Source: a bacterium (GTDB lineage: Bacteria; UBP15; UBA6099; JAJRTR01). From it: 49,097 bases of DNA. The position numbers were made by a program, and so were the translations under genes. The DNA lies in the NCBI GenBank assembly GCA_024278215.1, contig JAJRTR010000103.1, positions 1 to 49,097 on the forward strand. The letters run 5' to 3'. Below the pieces are notes generated by a model. That model was not told the origin of the DNA. It worked only from the letters and a program-made list of their open reading frames with translations, and made no database searches. Within the stretch, counting starts at the first letter, position 1, and every line of letters begins with the position of its first letter. Below are positions 21,708 through 31,682 of this stretch, piece after piece.

Positions 21708-22517
21708 CTATTCGCTGCTGATGTCGATATCCGGAACGTTTTCCCGGCGCCCACCGACACCGCCGCCTGGCGGTTCGTTCTCATATCCGATTATTTCTCC
21801 ACTGTGGCAGCACCTGACACCGAATTCGACATGGCGATCCTCCGGAGAACGAAGGTCCACGCTGTTGCAGCGGGAGAATATGGAACGGTCTCTGTATGAA
21901 CCACCCTTGAGTATGCGGAGTCTTTCATATTCGCCAAGCGAGGAGACATTTCCATAAGAGTCCGCGACCCATTCCGCAAGGTTGCCGTTCATATCCATCA
22001 CGCCGTCTATGCTTCTGCATTTTTCATTAGATCCACTTGTCTCAAGCGTTTCCGAGTTGATGTTGCACTGATTCTGCACGTAGCGGTATCCATAGCTCCA
22101 TACATTTTCCGCCTGTCCGGCGCAGGCGCGTTCCCATTCTACTTCCCTGCAAAGCCGCTTTCCCGCGCCGGCGCAGATGTTCTGCGCATCGTACCATGTC
22201 ATCCTTGACTGGGGTTGCCGACCAGCTCTGTTCGGGAATTCATACCTGTCGATACAAAAGGAATCAACATGGGCAATCCGCTTTGGCATCTCGTTCTTGA
22301 ACCAGGATTCGTAGCAGCCACCTACCGTCATGTCGCAGAGTTTCACAAGGTACAAAAATTCTTTTTCGGATGTTCCTGTGAAAAAATCGCCGCCGGGTAT
22401 GTATATCATTCCCATAGGGCATATCTCGCGCGTATACAACGTGCTGCGACCATAGAACAGCGCGCCTGCAACCATAAGAAAAACGAGTATTAACTGACCA
22501 ATATGTTTTTGCTTCAT
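21708..22517 (-). CDS. FGE-sulfatase (SUMF1/EgtB/PvdO) domain protein, probably exported
   Basis: CPMGMIYIPGG.F, FCIDRYE, GKRLC.EVEWERAC, DMNGNLAEW, KGGSY, GVRCC motifs; N-terminal hydrophobic segment; start uncertain (22517 vs 22586). Confidence 0.85.
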   Translation of the reverse strand: MKQKHIGQLILVFLMVAGALFYGRSTLYTREICPMGMIYIPGGDFFTGTSEKEFLYLVKLCDMTVGGCYESWFKNEMPKRIAHVDSFCIDRYEFPNRAGRQPQSRMTWYDAQNICAGAGKRLCREVEWERACAGQAENVWSYGYRYVQNQCNINSETLETSGSNEKCRSIDGVMDMNGNLAEWVADSYGNVSSLGEYERLRILKGGSYRDRSIFSRCNSVDLRSPEDRHVEFGVRCCHSGEIIGYENEPPGGGVGGRRENVPDIDISSE

Positions 22518-22790
22518 CAAATTCTGCAACTCCACATGACCGCGACCGACACCTGCCGGGCAAACTATTCCCAATATTCTAATCACATTTCGGCATCTGC
22601 GCTACTCTAACAACATTTTAAACAATATCCGGTATACGTTCACAGGTAACTGTTCGCAATGGAACATCTGAAATACCTGGAATGCACCGACTATGTCGTT
22701 GCAACTGTGAAGAAGTCGCATTTCGCAAAAACTGACGTTTTTGCATTCCAGAATTTTCTGATAGTGCCGTTTAACTCAAAATCCGCAGGT

Positions 22791-22816
22791 TGTCATTCTG
22801 AGCGAAGCGAAGAATC
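22791..22816 (+). repeat. REP-like short palindrome
   Basis: TGTCATTCTGAGCGAAGCGAAGAATC: (T/C)GTC tag followed by an ATTCT...AGAAT stem. Confidence 0.55.
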
Positions 22817-22870
22817 GTCAGGTGTTTAACGCATTACTTTCAATGTCCTCCGTGAACAGTTACAATATCT

Positions 22871-23032
22871 GAGCCAATTGCAAAATTATGTTCGAAGCGA
22901 GGTCGAACGAAATTGTTCAGAGCAAGGCGGAGGTGCAAAATCCCCGCAGGCGTACTCGCCGAGTACGTTGAGGATGTTTTTGTGCCGACAACGCAGCTAT
23001 CCGCAGACGAATCAGAATTTTGCAATTGGCTC
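22871..23032 (+). mobile_element. MITE family A, copy with an internal deletion of ~17 bp
   Basis: GAGCCAATTGCAAAATT...AATTTTGCAATTGGCTC; ATCT duplicated on both flanks. Confidence 0.9.
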
Positions 23033-23060
23033 ATCTGTATAATAATCCTTAGTTTTGCAG

Positions 23061-24896
23061 TTACTCGACAGTAACAGATTTCGCAAGGTTACGCGGCTGG
23101 TCGACATCGGAGCCCCGGTTTACAGCTACATAATATGCAAGCAATTGCAGCGGCACGACGACAATCATGGGCGACAGCAACTCGTCGGTATCCGGCACAT
23201 ACATAACATCCTTCGAGTAACTGGTGATGTTGACGTCGCCTGTCGTGGCGACAGCGATCACCATCCCTTCGCGTGCGATTACTTCCTGAATATTGCTGAT
23301 GATCTTTTCATAAGTAGCGCTCCGGGTTGCGATGGCAACGACAGGCATACGGCGGTCGATCAGCGCGATGGGGCCATGTTTCATCTCGCCAGCGGCATAG
23401 GCTTCGGCATGTATATATGATATTTCCTTGAGCTTGAGAGCGCCTTCCATCGCTGTCGGGAAATTGACACCGCGCCCGAGATACAAAAAATCGCGAAATT
23501 CGGAATATCGGTCCGCGATATCTTTTATGGCTTCGATATTGTCCAGTATTTCTTCTATCTTGCTCGGCAGCCCTTTCAACTTTCGTATCAGGCGTCTCGC
23601 TTCGGGCGCTTCGATAAGTTCGCGAATCCTACCAAACTGGATGCTTAGCAGCATCAGCGCGATGAGCATTGCCATGTATGCTTTAGTCGACGCTACGCCG
23701 ATCTCGGGCCCCGCGTGGATATAAAGCGCCCCGTCGACTTCGCGCGCTATCGAGCTGCCCTTAACATTGACGATGCCGATAACTTTCGCACCGCGTTTCT
23801 TCGCCTCCCTCAGCGCCGCGAGCGTATCCGCCGTCTCGCCGCTCTGGCTGATGACTATCACAAGTGTTCTCTCATTCACCATCGGTTCCCGGTATCTAAA
23901 CTCCGATGCGAGGTCCACATCAACATGTACCCGCGCAAGCTTCTCCAGCAGGTATTTGCCCACGCAACCCGAGTAATACGCTGTGCCGCACGCTACAATA
24001 TATATCGTTTCTATATTCTTTATCTCTCCATCCGTCAGTCCTATTTCCTCGAGGTATATCTGTGCGTTCTCTTCGTCTGTGCGACCGCCGATCGTGTTGC
24101 GGATCACCTGCGGCTGCTCGAATATTTCCTTGAGCATGAAGTGATCGTACCCGCTTTTTTCCGCCAGCACAGGATTCCACTCGATGTGCTCGACAGGTTT
24201 TTCGATCCGGTCTCCGTCGAGATTGAATATCTCGACATTATCCTTTGTAAGCACCGCGATCTCTTCGTCGTCGAGATAGATGATACTGCGAGTGTACGGC
24301 AGTATGGCCGGCACGTCTGAGGCAATAAAATTCTCGCCGTCGCCGAGTCCGATGATAAGCGGACTGTCCTTGCGGCCTGCCAGCAGCACATCCGGCCTGT
24401 CTTTGTGTACAACACCGATTGCATACGCGCCTTCAACCCGTTTCAGCGCCCCGCGCATGGCAGCTGCCATGTCGCCGTCTTTCGACATTTCGTCCGCCAT
24501 GAGATGCGCGAGAACTTCCGTGTCGGTCTGCGACACGAACTTGTATCCGTCCGCTTTCAAATCTTCTTTCAGCGACATGTAGTTCTCTATGATGCCGTTG
24601 TGCACAACAGCAATTGAAGATGTGTTGTCGACGTGCGGATGCGCGTTGAATTCAGTCGGACGGCCATGCGTTGCCCAGCGCGTGTGGCCGATCCCGGTGT
24701 GGCCGATTATCGGGTCGACATGGAGACTTCCGGAAAGATTTATCAGCTTTCCCTCGCTTCGCCTCCGTTCGATCACACCGTTGCTCACTATCGCTATACC
24801 GGCGGAATCGTATCCCCGGTACTCCAGCCTCTGAAGTCCCGAAATTATTATCTCCGACGCGTCTTCTTTTCCTATATAGCCTACTATCCCACACAT
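23061..24896 (-). CDS. glmS: Glutamine--fructose-6-phosphate transaminase (isomerizing)
   Basis: MCGIVG, LEYRGYDSAG, GHTRWATHG, HNGIIEN, SQSGETADT, LKLKEISY, PRNLAKSVTVE. Confidence 0.97.
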   Translation of the reverse strand: MCGIVGYIGKEDASEIIISGLQRLEYRGYDSAGIAIVSNGVIERRRSEGKLINLSGSLHVDPIIGHTGIGHTRWATHGRPTEFNAHPHVDNTSSIAVVHNGIIENYMSLKEDLKADGYKFVSQTDTEVLAHLMADEMSKDGDMAAAMRGALKRVEGAYAIGVVHKDRPDVLLAGRKDSPLIIGLGDGENFIASDVPAILPYTRSIIYLDDEEIAVLTKDNVEIFNLDGDRIEKPVEHIEWNPVLAEKSGYDHFMLKEIFEQPQVIRNTIGGRTDEENAQIYLEEIGLTDGEIKNIETIYIVACGTAYYSGCVGKYLLEKLARVHVDVDLASEFRYREPMVNERTLVIVISQSGETADTLAALREAKKRGAKVIGIVNVKGSSIAREVDGALYIHAGPEIGVASTKAYMAMLIALMLLSIQFGRIRELIEAPEARRLIRKLKGLPSKIEEILDNIEAIKDIADRYSEFRDFLYLGRGVNFPTAMEGALKLKEISYIHAEAYAAGEMKHGPIALIDRRMPVVAIATRSATYEKIISNIQEVIAREGMVIAVATTGDVNITSYSKDVMYVPDTDELLSPMIVVVPLQLLAYYVAVNRGSDVDQPRNLAKSVTVE

Positions 24897-25034
24897 ATAT
24901 GCACGAATCCTCTCGTATTTATAATAAAGGTTGCAAAGTTTTCCTCATTCCATCGTTCTCAATTGGATCAGATACAACATTTCATATCACTTTAACTGCC
25001 TGAAGTGCCGCAAACAAGATTCCACCGTAAAAAA

Positions 25035-25212
25035 GAGCCAATGCAAAATTGTGTTTGAAACGAGATCGAACGAAATTGTTCAGAAGCAAGGCCGAGGTGA
25101 AAAATCCCCGCAGGCGTACTTGTAGAATACGTCGGGGAAGATTTTGTGCCGGCAAAGCATCTGTTGACATTTGCAACTGACCGCAGCCGAATCAGAATTT
25201 TGCAATTGGTTC
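25035..25212 (+). mobile_element. MITE family A, copy
   Basis: GAGCCAATGCAAAATTGTG...CAGAATTTTGCAATTGGTTC; no intact TSD. Confidence 0.85.
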
Positions 25213-25228
25213 TACAATTATTCTATTG

Positions 25229-25237
25229 TGATATAAT
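25229..25237 (+). promoter_or_regulatory. Extended -10 promoter element (TGaTATAAT)
   Basis: TG-n-TATAAT ends 8 nt before the GTG start at 25246. Confidence 0.5.
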
Positions 25238-25245
25238 GCTGTTCA

Positions 25246-26712
25246 GTGAGAATACTGTTTATACATATGGGCGTGGAAAGTCTCGGCGTGGAATACCTTG
25301 TAGCGGCGGCACGCCGCGCGGGCCACGAGGCCGATCTCCTGTTTGATCCGTCGGTTTTCGGCGGCCACCTGATGTGGGATGTACCGGCGCTGGCCGCAAT
25401 CTTTTCTCTCAAGAAAAAGATCATTCGCCGCACCCTCGAGGAGAAACCTGATGTCGCGGCGTTCTCCTGTGTCTCGGCGATATACCACTGGTCGCTCTCG
25501 ATTGCCCGGGAGATCAGAGAAAACGATCCGGATATAAAAATCCTTTTCGGCGGTGTGCACCCGACCGCGATGCCCGACATCGTTATCGCCGAAGATGCAG
25601 TCGACGCGATAATACTGGGCGAAGCGGATATTTCACTTCCACTGCTGCTCGACTGCTGGCCGGATGGCATCAACCGTGATGCTCCAGGTGTCTGGTGGAA
25701 AGAAAATGGACAGGTAATAAAAAACGAGTTGCCGGAAACAGTGAAGGACCTCGACACGCTCCCGTTCCCGGCAAAAGATGTTTACTTCAGCAAAGCGCCT
25801 GCTTTCGAAATCAATTACTCTGTGATCGCTGCACGCGGATGCCCCAACAATTGCACATACTGCTATAAAGGCATATGGACTGTAGGGAACACCGGGGGGC
25901 CGGGGGTGCGGCGAAGAAGCATTGACAACGTGATAGAAGAACTCGAACCGGTCGCACGGCGGGGACACGCGAAGATGATAGTCTTCCGCGACGACATTTT
26001 CACGCTGAAAAAGAAGTGGCTTGCCGAATTCACCGAAAAATATCCCGTAAAAGTCGGCATACCTTATTTCTGCAATACCTACCCGCTTGCGCTCGACAGC
26101 GAACGTGCGGACATGCTGAAGGAAAGCGGCTGTGTGTACACAACTGTTGGCGTGCAGTCCGCCGATGAAGACCAGAGAAAAAACATCCTGAACAGGCGCT
26201 ATAAAAACGAGTCCGTCATCAAAACGATGAGCCTGCTCAAGGAGCGGAATATTACAGTTTCCATCGACCACATAATCGGCCTGCCGGGCGACACCGACGA
26301 GATACTTCGTGACGCCGCCGACTTTTATTGCAAACTCAAACCGGATAGATTGCTGACCTACTGGCTCACTTATTTCCCAGGCACCGGGATCATCGAAAAA
26401 GGGCTTGAATGCGGGCACCTGACTGCCGAAGATGTCGAAAAAATAAACGCCGGGTATGTCAACTGTCTGTACGGAGGCAATGACCGGCGAAGGAAAAAAC
26501 CTTCGCTGCGGAAATTTATTGTGCTTTTTTCACTTATTCCCCTTTTCGGGGCGTCAATCTCGAAGATGCTTGCAAGAGAAAACGTATTCCGGTTTATTCC
26601 TACATCAACTTTTTTCACCAATATCGCTATCGCGCTCAATGCCGTATTCAAACGCGACCCTTTTTTCCTGTACAATATAAAATACTTGTTTTCACGAAAA
26701 AAAACGCCCTGA
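25246..26712 (+). CDS. Cobalamin-binding (class B-like) radical SAM protein
   Basis: N-terminal B12-binding domain (SLGVEYL, GGVHPT, GEAD); RGCPNNCTYC CxxxCxxC motif; FRDDIF; IGLPGDT. Confidence 0.9.
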   Translation: MRILFIHMGVESLGVEYLVAAARRAGHEADLLFDPSVFGGHLMWDVPALAAIFSLKKKIIRRTLEEKPDVAAFSCVSAIYHWSLSIAREIRENDPDIKILFGGVHPTAMPDIVIAEDAVDAIILGEADISLPLLLDCWPDGINRDAPGVWWKENGQVIKNELPETVKDLDTLPFPAKDVYFSKAPAFEINYSVIAARGCPNNCTYCYKGIWTVGNTGGPGVRRRSIDNVIEELEPVARRGHAKMIVFRDDIFTLKKKWLAEFTEKYPVKVGIPYFCNTYPLALDSERADMLKESGCVYTTVGVQSADEDQRKNILNRRYKNESVIKTMSLLKERNITVSIDHIIGLPGDTDEILRDAADFYCKLKPDRLLTYWLTYFPGTGIIEKGLECGHLTAEDVEKINAGYVNCLYGGNDRRRKKPSLRKFIVLFSLIPLFGASISKMLARENVFRFIPTSTFFTNIAIALNAVFKRDPFFLYNIKYLFSRKKTP

Positions 26713-26825
26713 ACTTATACCGGGGAAGCTACGGATAACGGATTGCTGTTAAGCAAACATCGCTATCTATCAGCTTTTTGGGATTCTGCCACCGTTTTTC
26801 CACAAACTTGCGTTTCAGGGGTGGC

Positions 26826-26854
26826 TTGTAAAAGGTGGTTGCGTGTGCTAAACT
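26826..26854 (+). promoter_or_regulatory. Sigma70-type promoter of the rpsB operon
   Basis: TTGTAA (26826-26831), 17-bp spacer containing the extended TG, TAAACT (26849-26854). Confidence 0.6.
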
Positions 26855-26905
26855 TTTCTCCCGTGGTTGCAGATGGCCCGGAAGGGGTTGTCTGTGCCCG
26901 TGACG

Positions 26906-27011
26906 ACACATGTTTCCGGATTTCGGTGAAGGTGCCCGCGGGAGCAGTCCGCCCGGACAGCTCGGGTCTTGCCGGAAGGTGAAGGAAGCAGAGGAAAAAA
27001 CCAACAGGAGG
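26906..27011 (+). promoter_or_regulatory. rpsB (S2) 5' leader RNA, putative autoregulatory element
   Basis: ACACA...GATT...AGGTGC...TGAAG..AGC.GAGG..AAAACCA..AGGAGG pattern resembling the Firmicutes-type rpsB leader (recalled); nested stems. Confidence 0.6.
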
Positions 27012-27018
27012 TATCTCA

Positions 27019-27942
27019 ATGCCGGTTGTCACTATGAAACAATTACTTGAAGCAGGTGTGCATTTCGGACACCAGACGCGCAGATGGAATCCTAAGATGA
27101 AGCCGTTCATTTTCCAGGAAAGAAACGGCATCTATATTCTTGATCTCCAGCAGACGCTGAAACGGATCGAAGAATCGTATCATTTCCTTAAAGACGTGAC
27201 CGCAAAGGGTGGAAAGGTCCTGTTTGTGGGCACAAAAAAGCAGGCATGTGACGCTATCGAGGAAGAGGCCGGAAGGGCCGGTATGCTCTATATCAACCAA
27301 CGCTGGCTGGGCGGTCTGATGACAAACTTCAAGACGATACATGTGCGGATCAAGAAGCTCAGGGAACTTGAAGCGATGGAGGAAAACGGCGACCTGGAAA
27401 ACATGCCGAAAAAGGAAGCCAAAGTCTACCGCACTCAACTCAACAAGCTGCGGAAGTATCTCGGCGGTGTACGCGACATGGACGAACTTCCACAGGCGCT
27501 TTTTATTGTGGACCTTAAAAAGGAATACATCGCATTTCTCGAAGCCAGGAAACTGAATATTCCTGTCGTGGCGCTCGTCGACACAAACTGCGACCCGACA
27601 GGCGTCGATTACCCGATCCCCGGCAACGACGACGCGATCCGTGCGGTGAGACTGCTCTCCAAGGCTATGGCTACCGCGTGTGAACAAGGTGTAAAGTCGA
27701 GAGAGATGCAGGAATCGGACTTCCAGGCCGAGGAAGGCGCGGAAGCGGCTGCCGAGGCCAAAGACGAGGCCGCCCCGGCTGAGGCGCAGGCAGCGCCGGT
27801 TGCCGAGGCCGAACCGGAACCCAAACCCGAGCCCGCCCCCGAAGTCGACCTGAAGGAAAAGGAAGTTTTCGAAGCCCCGGCGCAGGAAACAGAACCTGAA
27901 GCGCCGACCGGAGAAGCTGCACCTGAAAACCCGGTGCAGTAG
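27019..27942 (+). CDS. rpsB: 30S ribosomal protein S2 with acidic C-terminal extension
   Basis: [51 protein letters not shown]. Confidence 0.97.
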   Translation: MPVVTMKQLLEAGVHFGHQTRRWNPKMKPFIFQERNGIYILDLQQTLKRIEESYHFLKDVTAKGGKVLFVGTKKQACDAIEEEAGRAGMLYINQRWLGGLMTNFKTIHVRIKKLRELEAMEENGDLENMPKKEAKVYRTQLNKLRKYLGGVRDMDELPQALFIVDLKKEYIAFLEARKLNIPVVALVDTNCDPTGVDYPIPGNDDAIRAVRLLSKAMATACEQGVKSREMQESDFQAEEGAEAAAEAKDEAAPAEAQAAPVAEAEPEPKPEPAPEVDLKEKEVFEAPAQETEPEAPTGEAAPENPVQ

Positions 27943-27990
27943 ACCGCGATCAAGTCATATATATTCGATATTATGGAGGAAAGCAATAAA

Positions 27991-28584
27991 ATGAAAATCA
28001 CTTCGAAGATGGTAAAAGACCTCAGGGACAAAACCGGACTGGGCATGATGGATTGCAAGAAGGCGCTGGTGGAGTGCGAAGGCGACACGGAGAAGGCAGT
28101 CGAAGTGCTGCGCAAGAAAGGTCTCAAGGTCGCCGAGAAACGAGCGGGCCGTGAGGCGCGACAGGGCATCGTCGAGGCATACATCCACACGGGCGGCAAG
28201 ATCGGTGTGCTTGTCGAATTGAATTGTGAAACAGACTTTGTGGCACGTACCGACGAGTTCAAGGGGCTCGCCCGCGACCTGGCAATGCAGGTAGCGGCGG
28301 CAGACCCGAAATGGCTTGCCCCGGAAGATGTGCCGGAAGATGTGCTCGAGAAGGAAAAGGCGATTTATGCCGAAGCTGCCGCGGGCGAAGGCAAACCGGA
28401 AAAGATAATTCCCAAGATTGTCGAGGGCAAGCTGCGTCGCTTCTTCGAGGACGTCTGCCTGCTCGAGCAGAGTTTTATCAAGGATTCCGATAAGAAGGTT
28501 AAAGAATTGATCACCGAGCAGGTGGCGAAAATCGGCGAGAACATTAAGGTCGGTCGCTTCACACGGATAGTGCTTGGGGAATAA
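27991..28584 (+). CDS. tsf: Elongation factor Ts (short ~197 aa type)
   Basis: VKDLRDKTGLGMMDCKKAL, ELNCETDFVAR, GENIKVGRF. Confidence 0.96.
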   Translation: MKITSKMVKDLRDKTGLGMMDCKKALVECEGDTEKAVEVLRKKGLKVAEKRAGREARQGIVEAYIHTGGKIGVLVELNCETDFVARTDEFKGLARDLAMQVAAADPKWLAPEDVPEDVLEKEKAIYAEAAAGEGKPEKIIPKIVEGKLRRFFEDVCLLEQSFIKDSDKKVKELITEQVAKIGENIKVGRFTRIVLGE

Positions 28585-28761
28585 GACAATTATTTTCGAC
28601 GGTTTTTACTCGTAAACATTAGTTTTTCATATATAATAATCTATCTGAGAACGGCTCACAGGTGCCGCAGGCACCCTGTGGCGTGTCCGCCGGGCGGCGT
28701 GTTTGCCGTTTGGCGCATCTGCGCGCAACATGAGTTGATAAAGACGACCAGGAGAAAATAT

Positions 28762-29493
28762 ATGACAGAAACGCGAAAACCGGTCTTCAGGAGAATCCTT
28801 CTGAAGGTCAGCGGCGAAGGACTCGCAGGCAAACAGGGCTTCGGCCTCGATGCCGCGACGATGGACTTCTACGCGGAGGAGATTCTCGCCGTGCGAAAGC
28901 TGGGTGTCGAGGTGGCGGTTGTTGTCGGCGGCGGGAACTTCTTCAGGGGCGACTCGGAGGCCGCTCGCGGCATCGAGAGGTCTACTGCCGACCACATGGG
29001 GATGCTGGCCACGGTCATAAATTCACTGGCGCTCCAGAGTGTGCTCGAAAACCACGGCATGGACACCCGCGTGATGTCGGCTATCGAGATGAAGGCTGTT
29101 TGCGAATCCTATATACGCCGGCGCGCTGTGCGCCACATGGAAAAAGGAAGGGTCGTCATCTTCGGCGGTGGCACCGGGAATCCTTATTTCTCCACCGATA
29201 CCGCCGCCGCGCTGCGTGGTTTCGAGATAGGCGCGGACATCATCATGAAAGCGACAAAGGTGGACGGCGTCTACAACAAAGACCCGAAGAAGCACCCGGA
29301 TGCCGAGATGTATGACACCATTACATATATGGATGTCGTCGACCAGCGCCTGAAGGCCATGGACACTACAGCCACGACGATGTGCATGGAAAATAATATG
29401 CCGATCATCGTTTTTAACTTCCTCGAGGAAGGTAATCTCAAGAGAGTCGTGCTCGGCGAAAAAGTGGGGACAACTGTTAAGGAGGACCAATAA
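28762..29493 (+). CDS. pyrH: UMP kinase
   Basis: ILLKVSGE, VGGGNFFRG, DHMGMLATVIN, GTGNPYFSTD; AGGAG RBS before ATG 28762. Confidence 0.96.
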   Translation: MTETRKPVFRRILLKVSGEGLAGKQGFGLDAATMDFYAEEILAVRKLGVEVAVVVGGGNFFRGDSEAARGIERSTADHMGMLATVINSLALQSVLENHGMDTRVMSAIEMKAVCESYIRRRAVRHMEKGRVVIFGGGTGNPYFSTDTAAALRGFEIGADIIMKATKVDGVYNKDPKKHPDAEMYDTITYMDVVDQRLKAMDTTATTMCMENNMPIIVFNFLEEGNLKRVVLGEKVGTTVKEDQ

Positions 29494-29494
29494 T

Positions 29495-30052
29495 ATGCTC
29501 GACGATCTATATGCCGATGTGAAAGACAGGATGAACAAAACTATCGAAGTGACAAAACGCGAATTTAACAGCATACGCACAGGCAGGGCCACACCGGCGC
29601 TGCTCGACGGCATCAATGTGGAAATATACGGATCGAACATGAAGATCAACCAGCTTGCCACTATTGCCATACCGCAACCACGCACGATCATGATCACTCC
29701 ATTCGATAAGAATAATCTGTCTCCCATCGAACGCGCCGTCTCCACTTCCGAACTTAACATCACTCCGCGCAACGACGGCAACCGCGTCATCATCGAAATA
29801 CCCGCACTCACGGAAGAACGCCGCGAAGAACTCGCGAAACAGGTGCGGAAAAAAGCCGAGGAGAAGAAAATCGCCATCCGGAATGTGCGCCGCGACGGCA
29901 ACGACGAATGCAAAATGTACGAAGAAGAAAAAGAGATCAGCGAAGACGATTGCAAACGCGGCAAGGATAAGATACAGGAGATCACCAACGAATACATTAA
30001 GAAAATCGACGAACTTGTCGAAGCGAAAGTTAACGAGATAATGGAGTTTTGA
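29495..30052 (+). CDS. frr: Ribosome recycling factor
   Basis: IRTGRATP, PALTEERR, IRNVRRD, ISEDD motifs. Confidence 0.96.
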   Translation: MLDDLYADVKDRMNKTIEVTKREFNSIRTGRATPALLDGINVEIYGSNMKINQLATIAIPQPRTIMITPFDKNNLSPIERAVSTSELNITPRNDGNRVIIEIPALTEERREELAKQVRKKAEEKKIAIRNVRRDGNDECKMYEEEKEISEDDCKRGKDKIQEITNEYIKKIDELVEAKVNEIMEF

Positions 30053-30053
30053 T

Positions 30054-30314
30054 GTGATACCCGAAGTGACGGGGATGCCCCTTGAAAAAGCGCGGAGGAC
30101 ACTCGAACAGGCAGGTGTCGCGGTGGCTGTTTTGAAGCCCGCCGCGCCCCCGGAAGGCACCGGCAGGCCGCCGGCGGGCAATGTGGAACTCTCTTTGTTT
30201 GTTGCTTCTCAAACAGAGAATGAAAGCAGGGCCGTCACACTCCGCGTCGTTTCCGTGCCGTCTGTGGACACCGACGCCGCTCCCGGCGCTCCCGCCGCGG
30301 CGCACAGGGAATAA
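30054..30314 (+). CDS. Small PASTA-domain-like protein
   Basis: N-terminal IPEVTGMPLEKARRTLEQAGV resembles a PASTA motif; directly abuts frr. Confidence 0.6.
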   Translation: MIPEVTGMPLEKARRTLEQAGVAVAVLKPAAPPEGTGRPPAGNVELSLFVASQTENESRAVTLRVVSVPSVDTDAAPGAPAAAHRE

Positions 30315-30355
30315 TCAAACTTCACGGATGAATTGATAGATCAGCGGAAACTATT

Positions 30356-31147
30356 ATGACTGAAGACAAAAACAGGAAACAGGGCAGTTCATACCACAAT
30401 GATGCTTATGACACTTACTGGCGCATTTTACACAAGCTCGCGCCCACGCTGAAAAAACTGCACAGCATCAAGACAATAAACGCTTACAACCTCCCGTATA
30501 ACGGAACCGGCGGAGTGATAATCGCCGCTGTGCATAACGGCGCTGTCGATGCCGCGCTCATCTCGGTGTCCGCGGCAGACCGGATGCGGGCAGTGCGCTG
30601 GGTGGCCGACGAGGGGATATGCAACACGCCCGTTATCGGCCAGGTTATCCGTGATGCAGGCTGCATTCCCATCGCTTCGCACAAGGGCAAAAGCACAGAC
30701 CCAGAGCAGGTGCGTGAAGCCCTGTCGGCAGCGACTACGCTCCTTCGCGAAGGCGGCACGCTCGGCCTGTTCCCCGAGGGGACGATCCATCCATTCTATA
30801 AAAACAGGCGCACTCTTCCGTTCAAGACAGGCGTGATCCGTATCGCTGTCGAGGCCGGAGTGCCGATCGTGCCCGCCTGGGCGCGCGGCGCAGGTGCCAT
30901 ATTCCCGTGGCTGTCTCCGATGTCGGTCAAGAACCTCAGCATGTATCTCGCGCTTCCGCTCTGGACTCCCGTGAAGATCAGGGTGCATTTCGGGGAACCG
31001 TTCCATGTTGATAAAAGCCTGACGCTCGAATCGCCGTACGAGGATATAAAAGCGGAATGTGTGCGGCTTCAGGATGCCGTTGACGAGCTGATACGCGAAA
31101 GCCGCGCGCGCGGCGCGAAACACGACGATTCGCTCGATTATTTCTGA
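30356..31147 (+). CDS. Lysophospholipid acyltransferase family protein (PlsC-like)
   Basis: HNGAVD (HxxxxD), LFPEGT, PFKTG, VPIVP, V.FGEP motifs. Confidence 0.85.
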   Translation: MTEDKNRKQGSSYHNDAYDTYWRILHKLAPTLKKLHSIKTINAYNLPYNGTGGVIIAAVHNGAVDAALISVSAADRMRAVRWVADEGICNTPVIGQVIRDAGCIPIASHKGKSTDPEQVREALSAATTLLREGGTLGLFPEGTIHPFYKNRRTLPFKTGVIRIAVEAGVPIVPAWARGAGAIFPWLSPMSVKNLSMYLALPLWTPVKIRVHFGEPFHVDKSLTLESPYEDIKAECVRLQDAVDELIRESRARGAKHDDSLDYF

Positions 31148-31370
31148 GGTCTGTCGGATGCGACTGCGATTCCACGCACCGGCGTTATTGCTCCATAACG
31201 CAACTTATCGAGAATAATGAATTTGTGGAAACTGAACCGGTGTAAGAATTCGAGCCGTACTTCAAACAGCCGACCGATTTGAAATCTGAGATTTAAACTG
31301 TAAGATACTTTTATGGGGCGCTTCGTAATGCTTTTGCGAATAATGGCGCGAAACGGGTTTTGAATTGTCA

Positions 31371-31552
31371 TAACCCGCATATTTCACCAATGCGGGCCAG
31401 TAATCGGGAGAATGCCTTGTAATACAAGATGTGGCAAGTGCGTGGTGAGGGAACATACTGTTAGTATGTGACCGATCCCGAATCGCCGCCGCAACGCAGT
31501 AGAATAGGCGTTATCCCGATTTTCCGGATTTCTTGGTGAGAAATCCGGGATA
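31371..31552 (+). mobile_element. MITE-like repeat family B, copy 1
   Basis: TA-ACCCGCATATTTCACCAA...TTGGTGAGAAATCCGGGA-TA imperfect TIRs; body shared with 37465-37669 and 40519-40718. Confidence 0.85.
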
Positions 31553-31682
31553 ACAGTAAACTGCCCGGCCCGGTGTAATCCGCCGAAAGAAGCGGCAACG
31601 GGTATTTCAACGGAAAGAAAAACAACTGTTCGCAGGATGGTGTCTCCGAAACTGATGCCGGAACAGAAAACAGGGTTATCAG

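Noticed and set aside
24949-24958. 10-nt match to the CRISPR repeat (reverse complement GAACGATGGA)
   Set aside because: Short, isolated and not extendable; compatible with chance
24897-25034. glmS ribozyme upstream of glmS
   Set aside because: No AGCGCC cleavage-site core or matching downstream motif on the minus strand
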